Source: Anaerolineales bacterium
GTDB lineage: Bacteria > Chloroflexota > Anaerolineae > Anaerolineales > Villigracilaceae
Assembly (NCBI GenBank): GCA_035463255.1
Contig: DATHTL010000139.1
Location: 2,279-66,278, forward strand
Length of the DNA stretch: 64,000 bases
Direction: 5' to 3'
Positions 46,437-55,183 of the stretch are shown here, in pieces. Positions within the stretch are counted from its first letter, which is position 1. The number at the start of each line of letters is the position of its first letter. The notes beneath the pieces are model-generated. The model saw only the letters and a list, made by a program, of their open reading frames with translations, was not told where the DNA came from and made no database searches. Position numbers and translations under genes: made by a program.

Positions 46437-47384
46437 TCAATCCAGATTCTCCAGAATGACCTGGCAGACTTGTTCGGCCTGGGCAACTGTGAAATGGTGA
46501 TCGTTGAAGAGATTGATGACATTCCCCGCCAGGGCTTCTGCCTGGGGTGCTGTCCCCTCATCCATGATCCCGGCCAGAGAAGCGTAGTGCGAGCTTGCGA
46601 ATAATCCCGCTGCAAAAATTCGGTCCAGGATGTGCTGTTTATTTTTCACGCGGATGTTAAAACGCCAGTTCTGGAACCCGCCGGGCAACTGGATCTCTTC
46701 AGGAAGGGCACTCGCATAGATTTGATTGAGGGAGAGGCGCTGCTCGAGGGATTGCAGGAGCTTTTTTTCAAGCCGTTCCACGTAGTTATTCCAGGTTGGA
46801 ACCGGTGTATTTGTCTCCAACCAGCCGCTGTCCTGGTAAAAAAACCGGGCTCGCGCCGCTACGGCCGCTTTGTAGGACTTCTCAATTTCCTCGTGATCTT
46901 TCGGATCGAATGGTAAATGCGCAGGCTGATAATCAAATCCTTCACGCAGAAAGGCATAGCCGCCGAAGTTCAGTTCCACGATCTTGGCGTACCCTGTGCT
47001 GTAAAGTTGGACGTCCGCTGTATTTGTGGAATCAGGCTCAGTATCAGGGATGCAAAGGCAACGGTCATCGATCATGAGCAGATCAGGAAACTCTGACTTG
47101 ATCGACTCGAAAAAATCATTCGGTGTGGATGTTTCGCCATAAGTGTGTGCATAGAGCAGCCCGCCAAATGGACGCTCATGGATCAACGCCTTAGCCTGTT
47201 CCAGATCCATATGCCGAGTCTTGGCTGAGATGTCCACCAGTTGAAACGGGACGCGCGCTTTCAGAAATGTGATTGGGACGATAGGACAAATGTTGGCAGG
47301 CAGCAGCCAGGGACGCTTATCCTTTGCACGTACCAGCAAACTATAGATGATGGCCGAAGCCCGCGGCGCCTGGACGATTTGCAT
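46437..47384 (-). CDS. Divergent DegT/DnrJ/EryC1/StrS-like PLP-dependent protein
   Basis: LPANICPIVP, HTYG, IDDRC, YSTGYAK...GG; shortened relative to the family. Confidence 0.65.
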   Translation of the reverse strand: MQIVQAPRASAIIYSLLVRAKDKRPWLLPANICPIVPITFLKARVPFQLVDISAKTRHMDLEQAKALIHERPFGGLLYAHTYGETSTPNDFFESIKSEFPDLLMIDDRCLCIPDTEPDSTNTADVQLYSTGYAKIVELNFGGYAFLREGFDYQPAHLPFDPKDHEEIEKSYKAAVAARARFFYQDSGWLETNTPVPTWNNYVERLEKKLLQSLEQRLSLNQIYASALPEEIQLPGGFQNWRFNIRVKNKQHILDRIFAAGLFASSHYASLAGIMDEGTAPQAEALAGNVINLFNDHHFTVAQAEQVCQVILENLD

Positions 47385-47390
47385 CTCCGC

Positions 47391-48026
47391 TTACACATCC
47401 TTGCGGACCAAAATGGTGAAATCGTACAAGCCGTAATCGTGGAGCAAGGCTACGTTACGCGAAAAATTGCGCTTGCAGAAATCAAAGAAAAACAACGGAT
47501 CGCCATAGAAGAGATCGGGGCGCTGCGCCATGCGATCTGCATCGGAGTATTTGGTCAGCATATTGAAAGAGAAGCCCTTTGAGCACAGGGCGTCCATGCG
47601 GCGAAGAGTGGTCACCACGAATTCCTGCCAATCCTCATAACTGGCATCAAGTTTGATATTAAAGATCGCCCCGGCAAGCAGGTAATCTGCCACGGGAACG
47701 TCGCTCTCCACCATGGTGAAATGCGCGTTCGGAAAACTCTCGTGACTCTCGCGACCCGCGATCACCATTTTCTCGATCAGATCAATGCCGTAATACTCGA
47801 ACTGCCAGCCTTTCTGTTGGAGAAAATCGAACATGGCACCATAGCCGCTTCCATAGTCGATCACTGAAAACGGTTGTGCTGGATTGATCACTTTGACAAG
47901 CTGCTCAAAGCGGCGCTCCTGGGGTTCGGGCCCGTTGTAGTCCACGCCTTTGGGGGTCGTGCCAAACGCTTCGAGTTTTTCAGAGAAGTAGTCATTCAGT
48001 TTTTTCTGGGTCTCATCAATGGTCAT
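47391..48026 (-). CDS. Class I SAM-dependent methyltransferase
   Basis: VIDYGSGYG, YYGID, LLHDYGLYDFT. Confidence 0.85.
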   Translation of the reverse strand: MTIDETQKKLNDYFSEKLEAFGTTPKGVDYNGPEPQERRFEQLVKVINPAQPFSVIDYGSGYGAMFDFLQQKGWQFEYYGIDLIEKMVIAGRESHESFPNAHFTMVESDVPVADYLLAGAIFNIKLDASYEDWQEFVVTTLRRMDALCSKGFSFNMLTKYSDADRMAQRPDLFYGDPLFFFDFCKRNFSRNVALLHDYGLYDFTILVRKDV

Positions 48027-48038
48027 ATTGCCTCGAGG

Positions 48039-48722
48039 CTACATGTACTTGAGCGCGTCTTTGCCAGTCATAAACAACAAGTCCAGAATGCTCACATACT
48101 GATCATAGGGCGGGTAAAACTGTGGGTACTCAAGATAATTGTATTCCATGTATTCGAGCGTGATGCCCGCTTCGGTGAACTTTTCCGGCTCGATGTAATC
48201 CCTGGCAGACGGGCCGCTGATATAGTGTTTCGCCCCGACCCGGTTCAGGATCTGGATCAACCGGTCGGTTTTGAGCCCATCAATGCCGGGCAACTCTGAG
48301 GAACGCATAAAACGCGTCGAAGCGATGCCCAACTCGCGGCTGAGGACTATTGAGGTCTCGATCGTAAAGTCCGCGAGACACTCGTCGCGGCGGCTGTAGA
48401 ACGATTCCAACAAAGGTAAATATGCTTTGAAGTATGGGCTTTTGTTATAAGCGATTGTCAGCGCTTTGAGATGATTCTTCGCCCACGGCCTGGACCAATC
48501 GATGCGCACATCCTTGATCGGGATCCCCGCGGTGACGCCCTTGCTGTGCACAGGGATGGTCAGCCATTGTTTGCCCCGGGGCGTTTTGATCTGGTTGCGG
48601 TTGCGCCAGCCGTGTTTGTCGTATTGGACATCATCGTAAAAAATGAACAAATCCGCCCGGCGGATCTGATCGAAGTAGCCTCGCCACGAGATATAAGATG
48701 GCTGCAGGATGACAACGTTCAC
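48039..48722 (-). CDS. WbqC family protein
   Basis: ILQPSYISWRGYF, YDDVQY, WRNRNQIK, WLTIPV, YISGPSARDY, SILDLLF. Confidence 0.92.
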   Translation of the reverse strand: MNVVILQPSYISWRGYFDQIRRADLFIFYDDVQYDKHGWRNRNQIKTPRGKQWLTIPVHSKGVTAGIPIKDVRIDWSRPWAKNHLKALTIAYNKSPYFKAYLPLLESFYSRRDECLADFTIETSIVLSRELGIASTRFMRSSELPGIDGLKTDRLIQILNRVGAKHYISGPSARDYIEPEKFTEAGITLEYMEYNYLEYPQFYPPYDQYVSILDLLFMTGKDALKYM

Positions 48723-49630
48723 TTGCCCACTACCTCATGGATCACGTAGGAGGGTTTGTCCATGCTACGGTCGAACATGCGCGCAAGATACTCGCCAAAG
48801 ATACCCAGCCCAAACAACTGCGCGCCGCTGAATAGAGCAATAATGGATGCCAGGAAGGGAAACCCCGGCAGACTGCCGGCGGTGAAATAAATGACCAGCA
48901 CGTAAATGAACACGCCCATCCCGAACAGTGTCATCCCAAAACCGACCCAGCTTGCAAAGCGCAAGGGCAGGGTGCTATACCCGATCAGGATCAGCATGGC
49001 CGCCCGCACCAGCATCCGGAAGCTGTAATTTGTCCGTTCTGCCTGGGCAATATTGACTTCCACCGAAGTGAAACGTGTGGTCCCCCAGGAAAGCAAGACG
49101 TCGAGGATCAAAGATGGACTCTGGAAATTGGCAAAGGCATCGCGCAGACTGGTCCGAAAGGCTCGGAATGCGGATACGTTGCGGACAGAGGGCAAGCCGA
49201 TCACTTTGGCCAGAATCAATTTTATACTTGCAGTCAGGAAATTGCGCCAAAATCCCTGGGGCAGCTTACGCGGCGCTCCGTAGACCACGTCATAGCCTTC
49301 GTCCAACTTTGCCAACAACCGCGGAATTTCTTCTGGCGGATGTTGGAGGTCCTGATCCATGGTGACAACGATTTCATGGCGCGCTGCGCGGACGCCACAT
49401 AATGTGGCATTATGTTGTCCGTAATTGCGCATCATGCCAACCCCAATAACACACGGGTATTGTTGGGCCAAACGTTGAATGACCGGCCAGCTGTTATCGG
49501 GGCTGCCGTCATTGACAAGGATGATCTCGTAATTTTGTGCAAATGTGGGTAACATCTTGCTGAGCTGCTCAACCAGGGGCCCGATGAGAGTTTCCCCTTT
49601 ATAGACAGGAACGACGATGGAGAGATTCAT
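48719..49630 (-). CDS. GT2 polyprenyl-phosphate glycosyltransferase (ArnC-like)
   Basis: VVPVYKG, VNDGSPD, RNYGQHNA, MDQDLQHPP, GIFGEYLAR. GTG at 49654 is an alternative start. Confidence 0.9.
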   Translation of the reverse strand: MNLSIVVPVYKGETLIGPLVEQLSKMLPTFAQNYEIILVNDGSPDNSWPVIQRLAQQYPCVIGVGMMRNYGQHNATLCGVRAARHEIVVTMDQDLQHPPEEIPRLLAKLDEGYDVVYGAPRKLPQGFWRNFLTASIKLILAKVIGLPSVRNVSAFRAFRTSLRDAFANFQSPSLILDVLLSWGTTRFTSVEVNIAQAERTNYSFRMLVRAAMLILIGYSTLPLRFASWVGFGMTLFGMGVFIYVLVIYFTAGSLPGFPFLASIIALFSGAQLFGLGIFGEYLARMFDRSMDKPSYVIHEVVGK

Positions 49631-49655
49631 ACGGGGGATTATTTTACCATTCACA

Positions 49656-51347
49656 TCATAACTGGACCCCGTGCCGGTCTGCCAGGATCAGCAACGTACG
49701 AGCGATCTCTGCAGACTTCCGTTCCTCATTCCAGCCGAGCGCGTTGCCAAGGGCCTTTGCCAGTTCTTCGACCATCTCACCGTTCACGCGACCCAACATC
49801 GCCAGCATCGAGCGCCTGAGCAGAAAATCATCCAGATGGCAGATCTTTTCGTGCTGCGCCAGGAAAATAATCTCACGCAGCGTAAAATCCGGCAGGGATC
49901 TCAGAATGAAATCGGTACCACCGTTCATATAGGTGGCAATGCTTTCAGCGCGCGTGCCGTAACGCTCGAACAGAGTCTTTAATCGTTCGCGGCTCACGCC
50001 CGTCCAGGCGGAAAGGCTTTCGATCTGGCGTCTCATCTCGGCCGGGTCACGCGGGTAGCCGCGTCCACCTCCGACGGGCAGAGAACGCGTATTTTTTTGC
50101 CGGGATAGCTTGAGATAAGCCAGTGCCTTGTCGGTCACTTGCTCTGAGAAGGCGCGGAACGATGTCCACTTGCCACCCACCAGGGAATAGATCGGGAAGC
50201 GACGGTTCGTCCAATCGCCGCTGAGCACTTCGATGCTGTGGTCGCGTGAGATCTGCGAGGCGCTTTTCGCCGTGGAACGTGGCAACGGCCGAACGCCCGC
50301 GTATTGAAAAACGATGTCCTCGCGGGTCAGGGTGATGTCAGGAAAGATACGCCGCGTCAACGTCAGGAAGTAGTCGATCTCTTCATCTGTGCAGTAGGCT
50401 TCATCAGGATTCTCGATCGGAATGTCCGAGGTGCCGATCAACACACGGTCATACAGAGGGAAGATGAGTACAATCCGCCCATCTTCATTTTCAAAAAAGA
50501 ATTCGTTTTCACCAATGACTTTACGAAGCTCATCGTGCTTTACGATAATGTGCGAGCCCTTAGTGCCGCCGATGAAATGGGTGGAAAGACCGAGTTTACT
50601 GTTTGTAAAGTCGATCCAGGGACCGGCCGCGTTGATGACAAGCCTGGGGTGCACGTCATAGGTTTCATCGGTCAGCTCATCGCGCAGCAGGATCGTATCC
50701 TCGTTCCCGCCGACCATGCTCACATAGTTGATGGCGCGTGCGGCTGGGTTTTCGGCTTCGGCGTCGAGGATCAGCTCGATCGCCAGGCGTTCCGGGTGCA
50801 GGATCGCGCCGTCATAATACACAGCCGTGTTGGCAATGTCCGGATTCAGATGCTTCCAGCGGGAAAGCGATTCGTCGCGTGAGTAAAACTTGTGTTTCGG
50901 GACCGTGCGCTGTCTGCCTGTATAGGCATCGTACAACATCAAGCCAATCTTGATAACGACGGAGCCACGCTCGGCAGGCCTATTGAGCAGGCCCAAAAAT
51001 TTCAGCGGCGCATTGAGCACGCCCGAGAAGCGCTTAAAAATAGGTATGGTAGTTGGCAGGGGCTTTACAACATGTGGCGCGTTTTGCAACAAGCGGTTGC
51101 GTTCCCGCACCGCTTCACGGACGAGGCGAAACTCTCCATTTTCAAGATAGCGGATGCCTCCATGGGCCATGTGGGAAGAAGCCGAGCTTGCCCCCGAACA
51201 AAAATCCCCTTTTTCAACCAATAAAACATCCACACCATTCAGGGCAAGATCACGAAATGTGCCAATGCCATTGATGCCTCCGCCGATGATCAAGACGGAA
51301 ACCTCAGATTGATTCTTTAATGCAGACAGGATCTCGTTGCGATTCAT
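49656..51347 (-). CDS. glpD: Glycerol-3-phosphate dehydrogenase/oxidase (FAD)
   Basis: IIGGGING, SSASSHMAHGGIRYLE, INAAGPW, KGSHI, GVRPL, SRDH, GGKWTSFR. Confidence 0.9.
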   Translation of the reverse strand: MNRNEILSALKNQSEVSVLIIGGGINGIGTFRDLALNGVDVLLVEKGDFCSGASSASSHMAHGGIRYLENGEFRLVREAVRERNRLLQNAPHVVKPLPTTIPIFKRFSGVLNAPLKFLGLLNRPAERGSVVIKIGLMLYDAYTGRQRTVPKHKFYSRDESLSRWKHLNPDIANTAVYYDGAILHPERLAIELILDAEAENPAARAINYVSMVGGNEDTILLRDELTDETYDVHPRLVINAAGPWIDFTNSKLGLSTHFIGGTKGSHIIVKHDELRKVIGENEFFFENEDGRIVLIFPLYDRVLIGTSDIPIENPDEAYCTDEEIDYFLTLTRRIFPDITLTREDIVFQYAGVRPLPRSTAKSASQISRDHSIEVLSGDWTNRRFPIYSLVGGKWTSFRAFSEQVTDKALAYLKLSRQKNTRSLPVGGGRGYPRDPAEMRRQIESLSAWTGVSRERLKTLFERYGTRAESIATYMNGGTDFILRSLPDFTLREIIFLAQHEKICHLDDFLLRRSMLAMLGRVNGEMVEELAKALGNALGWNEERKSAEIARTLLILADRHGVQL

Positions 51348-51447
51348 TTCAATAAAATGCCGACCTGACAGTTTTTAGAGAAAAGGTACTTTAGTGAGTA
51401 TAACGTCTTTCATCGCTCCGCGTACATTGCAAAACTCTATCGTTATT

Positions 51448-52359
51448 TCATGCCTTCCCCCATTGACGCCCACCGGCCAGAAAGGATTTCCCGTTCATGG
51501 GCTTTTTCCCGGCAGGTTGGACTGCATCGAGGATGAGCAGCCCATCGCCCGTTCCGACCGCAGGCTGGTCCCGATACACCAGCCTCTCCCCCGCCTCGGC
51601 ATTCCCTGCTTCCACATGAGCGCGATGGACTTTGAGCAAAGTCCCATCGAAATCCATGAATGCGCCGGGCCAGGGATTGAAAGCGCGCACGCGCCGCTCC
51701 AGTTCCTCCGCGGGGCGCGTGAAATCGAGCTGACCTTCTTCCTTTTTAAGCATCGGTGCGTAAGTCATGCCTTCTTCAGGTTGAGGGGTCGGCAGTATTT
51801 CCCCGGAAAAATAGCCGGGCAGCGTCTCGATCAGCAGGTCTGCTCCCAGTTGAGATAACTTTTCAAAAACGGAACCCGCCGTATCCTCGCGCGTGAGCGG
51901 GATGGATCGTTGTGAAAGGATGGGACCCGTATCGAGCCCCACATCCATTTTCATGATGGTGACGCCTGTCTCTTGATCCCCGTGCAAGATCGCGGCGTTG
52001 ATCGGCGCCGCACCGCGCCAGCGCGGGAGTAATGAAGCATGCACGTTGATGCAGCCAAAGCGCGGCAGGTACAACACATCCTTCTTGAGGATCTGCCCGA
52101 ATGCCGCGACCACGATCAGATCAGGCTTCCAGGCCTGTAGCTGCTCCATCGCTTCCGGCTGGCGAAGCTTTTCCGGTTGGATGATGGGAATATCAAGCTC
52201 CTGTGCCAGCAGCTTGACAGGTGGCGGCCTGAGCTCACGGCCGCGTCCCGAGGCGCGATCCGGTTGAGTCACGACACCCACCACTTTATAGTTTTGAGCA
52301 AGGGCTCTGAGAGTTGGCAGCGCAAAATCAGGCGATCCCATGAAGACAACGTTGGTCAT
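51448..52359 (-). CDS. fmt: Methionyl-tRNA formyltransferase
   Basis: FMGSPDFA, VVTQPDR, NVHASLLPRWRGAAPI, GLDTG, RAFNPWPGA. Confidence 0.97.
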   Translation of the reverse strand: MTNVVFMGSPDFALPTLRALAQNYKVVGVVTQPDRASGRGRELRPPPVKLLAQELDIPIIQPEKLRQPEAMEQLQAWKPDLIVVAAFGQILKKDVLYLPRFGCINVHASLLPRWRGAAPINAAILHGDQETGVTIMKMDVGLDTGPILSQRSIPLTREDTAGSVFEKLSQLGADLLIETLPGYFSGEILPTPQPEEGMTYAPMLKKEEGQLDFTRPAEELERRVRAFNPWPGAFMDFDGTLLKVHRAHVEAGNAEAGERLVYRDQPAVGTGDGLLILDAVQPAGKKPMNGKSFLAGGRQWGKA

Positions 52360-52482
52360 GCGGTCATTTTACCAGTAGAGGCAGGCTTACATTCGCCTTA
52401 CCATTGATAAATCTTGTTGCTTTTTGAATTGAATGGTTGTACAATGTTGAAAATTAAATCCCAGATTAATTCGGAGGAACTC

Positions 52483-52815
52483 ATGGAAAACCGACCTTTG
52501 GACGTCACCAACGATGATAGACTATGGGGAGCACTTAGTTACGTATTTGCACCGATTGTTGGCATCATCGTCATGCTCATGGAAGACAAGAAAAACCGCC
52601 CCTTTGTGAAGTTCCATGCTATACAGTCCATTGTGGCAAGCATTGCATTCTGGATCCTTGCAACAATTATCACCACTGTGACCATTGGCTTCGGTGGCTT
52701 ATGTGTACCACTGCTCTGGCTGGTTTTTCTGTACTGGGCCTATAAAGCATATCAGGGTGAGATGGTCAACATCCCCGTGATCACAAACTTCATTCGAAAC
52801 CAGGGTTGGGCATAA
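52483..52815 (+). CDS. DUF4870 membrane protein
   Basis: GGAGG RBS; LWGALSY, FVKFHAIQS, AYKAYQGE...IPVI. Confidence 0.85.
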   Translation: MENRPLDVTNDDRLWGALSYVFAPIVGIIVMLMEDKKNRPFVKFHAIQSIVASIAFWILATIITTVTIGFGGLCVPLLWLVFLYWAYKAYQGEMVNIPVITNFIRNQGWA

Positions 52816-52831
52816 GTTCTTTTGAAGACAC

Positions 52832-52867
52832 AAAAAGCTCACACCATGGTGTGAGCTTTTTATTTTT
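52832..52867. terminator. Bidirectional intrinsic terminator
   Basis: AAAAAGCTCACACC-AT-GGTGTGAGCTTTTT. Confidence 0.85.
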
Positions 52868-52894
52868 AATAGAAAGCAATCGTTTCCGCCTTGT

Positions 52895-54073
52895 TCATGG
52901 TCCCCAGCGCGGCTGATAATCGCAATAATCGTTATTGGTCAACCGCCGCAGGTCGGTGCCGTCGGTGCGGATGATGTATATCTCGCAGCCGTGATCATCG
53001 CCATAATGATCGAAATAGGCCGTGAAGGCAACCCATTTTCCATCCGGTGAAAACGAAGGCCCCTGGCTGTTGCCGCCGGTCGGAGTGAGCTGGCGTGCAT
53101 TCGAGCCATCGGCATTCATGATGTAGACTTCACGGTTCCAGGAAGGGCCAGTGTAGGTAACGATAAACTGTCCATCTGGTGACCAGTCACTGCGACCGCG
53201 GATGGCCGGCAGATTGCTGAGCTTGCGCAAGCCATTCCCGTTGCGGTTGACCACGTATAACTGTGTCGCTCCCTCCCCACCAGACGCAAACAGAATCTGA
53301 TTGCCATCGGGCGACCAGGTAGGATCCCAGCCGAAGATTTGTGGGATATTGGCTGCATCTTCCCCGTTCCGGTCCATGATCATAATTTGCATGTTACCGG
53401 TTGTGGGATTCCCGCGCACAAATGTGATCGACGTTCCATCCGGGGAGACTTCCGGCGCGGTCAACACGCCGATCCGGTTGGTCAACTGTTCCACGCGGCC
53501 GTCACTGAGGGCAAGGCTGTAAATCTCATATATATTGGCCTCGCGGAAAGAAGAATAGAGCACAGTCTGTCCATCGGGTGCAAGAGATGGATAAAAATGG
53601 CGGCGGTTATTGTCGGTGGTCAACCGGCGCATTCCCGAACCGTCCGCGTTCATGATGCAGACCTGATCCATGGCCTGGACCTTGAACAGCTGACAGGTAA
53701 AGACAATATGTCCGGTGAGCTGATCCGCAGCAGAAGGAAACGGAATGGAGCCCTGTCCGGAGGGAGCAGCCGGAGTAGGGTTTGAGAGAGTGATATTAGG
53801 CACAGGAGTCGCTGCATTGGACGTTGGCAAACCTCCCTGTCCAGGTACTCCAGCTATCCCAGTTACACTGAGAAAGGGTGCATCCTGCGTTGGCGAATCA
53901 AAAATGGCGGTCGCGCCCGGCTCGGTAACAACGGGCGTTGAAAACCCGTTGGGAGTAGAGGCTTGCAGTGTGGCGAACAAGTCAGAGGTGGGAGAAGAGG
54001 CGACAGGCCGGTTACATCCCACTATAAAAAGAATTAACAGACATAATGTAAGATAGAATTTATGCTTATTCAT
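52895..54073 (-). CDS. TolB-like PD40 beta-propeller lipoprotein
   Basis: Lipobox IVGC, Pro/Thr linker, repeated WSPDG/SPDG units. Confidence 0.88.
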   Translation of the reverse strand: MNKHKFYLTLCLLILFIVGCNRPVASSPTSDLFATLQASTPNGFSTPVVTEPGATAIFDSPTQDAPFLSVTGIAGVPGQGGLPTSNAATPVPNITLSNPTPAAPSGQGSIPFPSAADQLTGHIVFTCQLFKVQAMDQVCIMNADGSGMRRLTTDNNRRHFYPSLAPDGQTVLYSSFREANIYEIYSLALSDGRVEQLTNRIGVLTAPEVSPDGTSITFVRGNPTTGNMQIMIMDRNGEDAANIPQIFGWDPTWSPDGNQILFASGGEGATQLYVVNRNGNGLRKLSNLPAIRGRSDWSPDGQFIVTYTGPSWNREVYIMNADGSNARQLTPTGGNSQGPSFSPDGKWVAFTAYFDHYGDDHGCEIYIIRTDGTDLRRLTNNDYCDYQPRWGP

Positions 54074-54410
54074 CCAGTTCTATTGATTCAAGAAAGAATT
54101 CTTCACCTGATAATATTTTGGCACCATAACTACCGCAATACGGACAATGGATCTTGCCACCTTCAGGACTGTACTTCGAAAAACATGCCATGCATTGCAC
54201 TTCTGCTTTGATAAAACGAAAGTGAAGCTGCGCCTGTTCCGCAAGGGTACCCTGGCTGATCTCTTCCCAATGTTTTTGAATGGAATGCTGATCAAGTTCG
54301 GAAATCTCTCCCACGGCAATCTGAAGGCTTTTGATGCGCCTGGCATCTGATTGACGCGCTCTTAGAAGCGCGTTCGAGAGGAGGGATTGAGTTGCATTTA
54401 GTTCACGCAT
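54066..54410 (-). CDS. hypA: HypA/HybF-family nickel metallochaperone homolog (His2 replaced by Arg)
   Basis: MRELNA..., VGEISE, CMAC, CPYCG, ILSGEEFFLESIE. Confidence 0.8.
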   Translation of the reverse strand: MRELNATQSLLSNALLRARQSDARRIKSLQIAVGEISELDQHSIQKHWEEISQGTLAEQAQLHFRFIKAEVQCMACFSKYSPEGGKIHCPYCGSYGAKILSGEEFFLESIELDE

Positions 54411-54429
54411 GGAATTCTTAAGTGATTGA

Positions 54430-54472
54430 TAAACTGCGCATCTTCCCTGTTACAGGAAGATTGCGCAGTTTA
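54430..54472. terminator. Hairpin downstream of rnpB
   Basis: TAAACTGCGCATCTTCC-CTGTTACA-GGAAGATTGCGCAGTTTA. Confidence 0.65.
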
Positions 54473-54489
54473 CGAAGAGAAGAGTATCC

Positions 54490-54940
54490 CTCAGGACGGT
54501 CTATAAGCCGCATTCTGTCCATGGCATTTGGTCAAAGACCATGCCACTGGGCGATCATCTCTCTGGGCGGTGCGTCACCGCGCCGCTCGATGCGACCTAC
54601 CCGGGACTGGCTCTCTCATCGCATGAGAGAGCACGTATGAAGACGAGCAGTCTCCCGCCATCCGCGGATGGCTTCGTCCCTACTTGGTCTTGCTCCCGGC
54701 GGGGGTTACCTGGCCATCCACATTACTGCAGATGCCGGTGGTCTTTTACACCACCTTTTCACCATCACCCCTCACCTCTTGCGAGATGAGCTGGCTGTTT
54801 GTTTCTGTGGCCCTCATCCGGCAGGTTAGCTCCTCACGGAGGCATCCCCGCCCCGGGTGCTATCCGACGCCGTGCTCTATGGAGTGCGGACTTTCCTCGA
54901 TCCCGACAACGCAGGACCGCGATCGCCCAACCGACCTGAG
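54490..54940 (-). ncRNA. rnpB: RNase P RNA (bacterial type A-like, ~450 nt)
   Basis: Reverse strand has GAGGAAAGTCCGCAC, GCCACAGAAA, GGTGTAAAAGACCACC, GGTAACCCC...GGGAGCAAG, AGATGATCGC and CAGAATGCGGCTTA; P1 is CTCAGGTCGGT/ACCGTCCTGAG. Confidence 0.96.
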
Positions 54941-54948
54941 GCGGCATT

Positions 54949-54977
54949 ATGATACACGCAAGGGAACTAGGCGTCAA
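54949..54977 (-). promoter_or_regulatory. rnpB promoter
   Basis: TTGACG-17-TATCAT ending 8 nt before P1. Confidence 0.7.
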
Positions 54978-55183
54978 CCACAGTTGACAGGATTCAAACA
55001 AAATTCTTAAACAAGTCAGGCTACCACTCTCAGGCTTTCGCCGGCAGACTTCACCAGGCATTACAAACCTATCAAAAATGAAGTTAGATTTTGGTCTGTA
55101 TACCAATGAAAACACTTTAATAAATTCTCAGACAAGCGGTAAAATAAGGAAGAAGAGAGTAAGCTGAACCTAATGGAGTCCTT

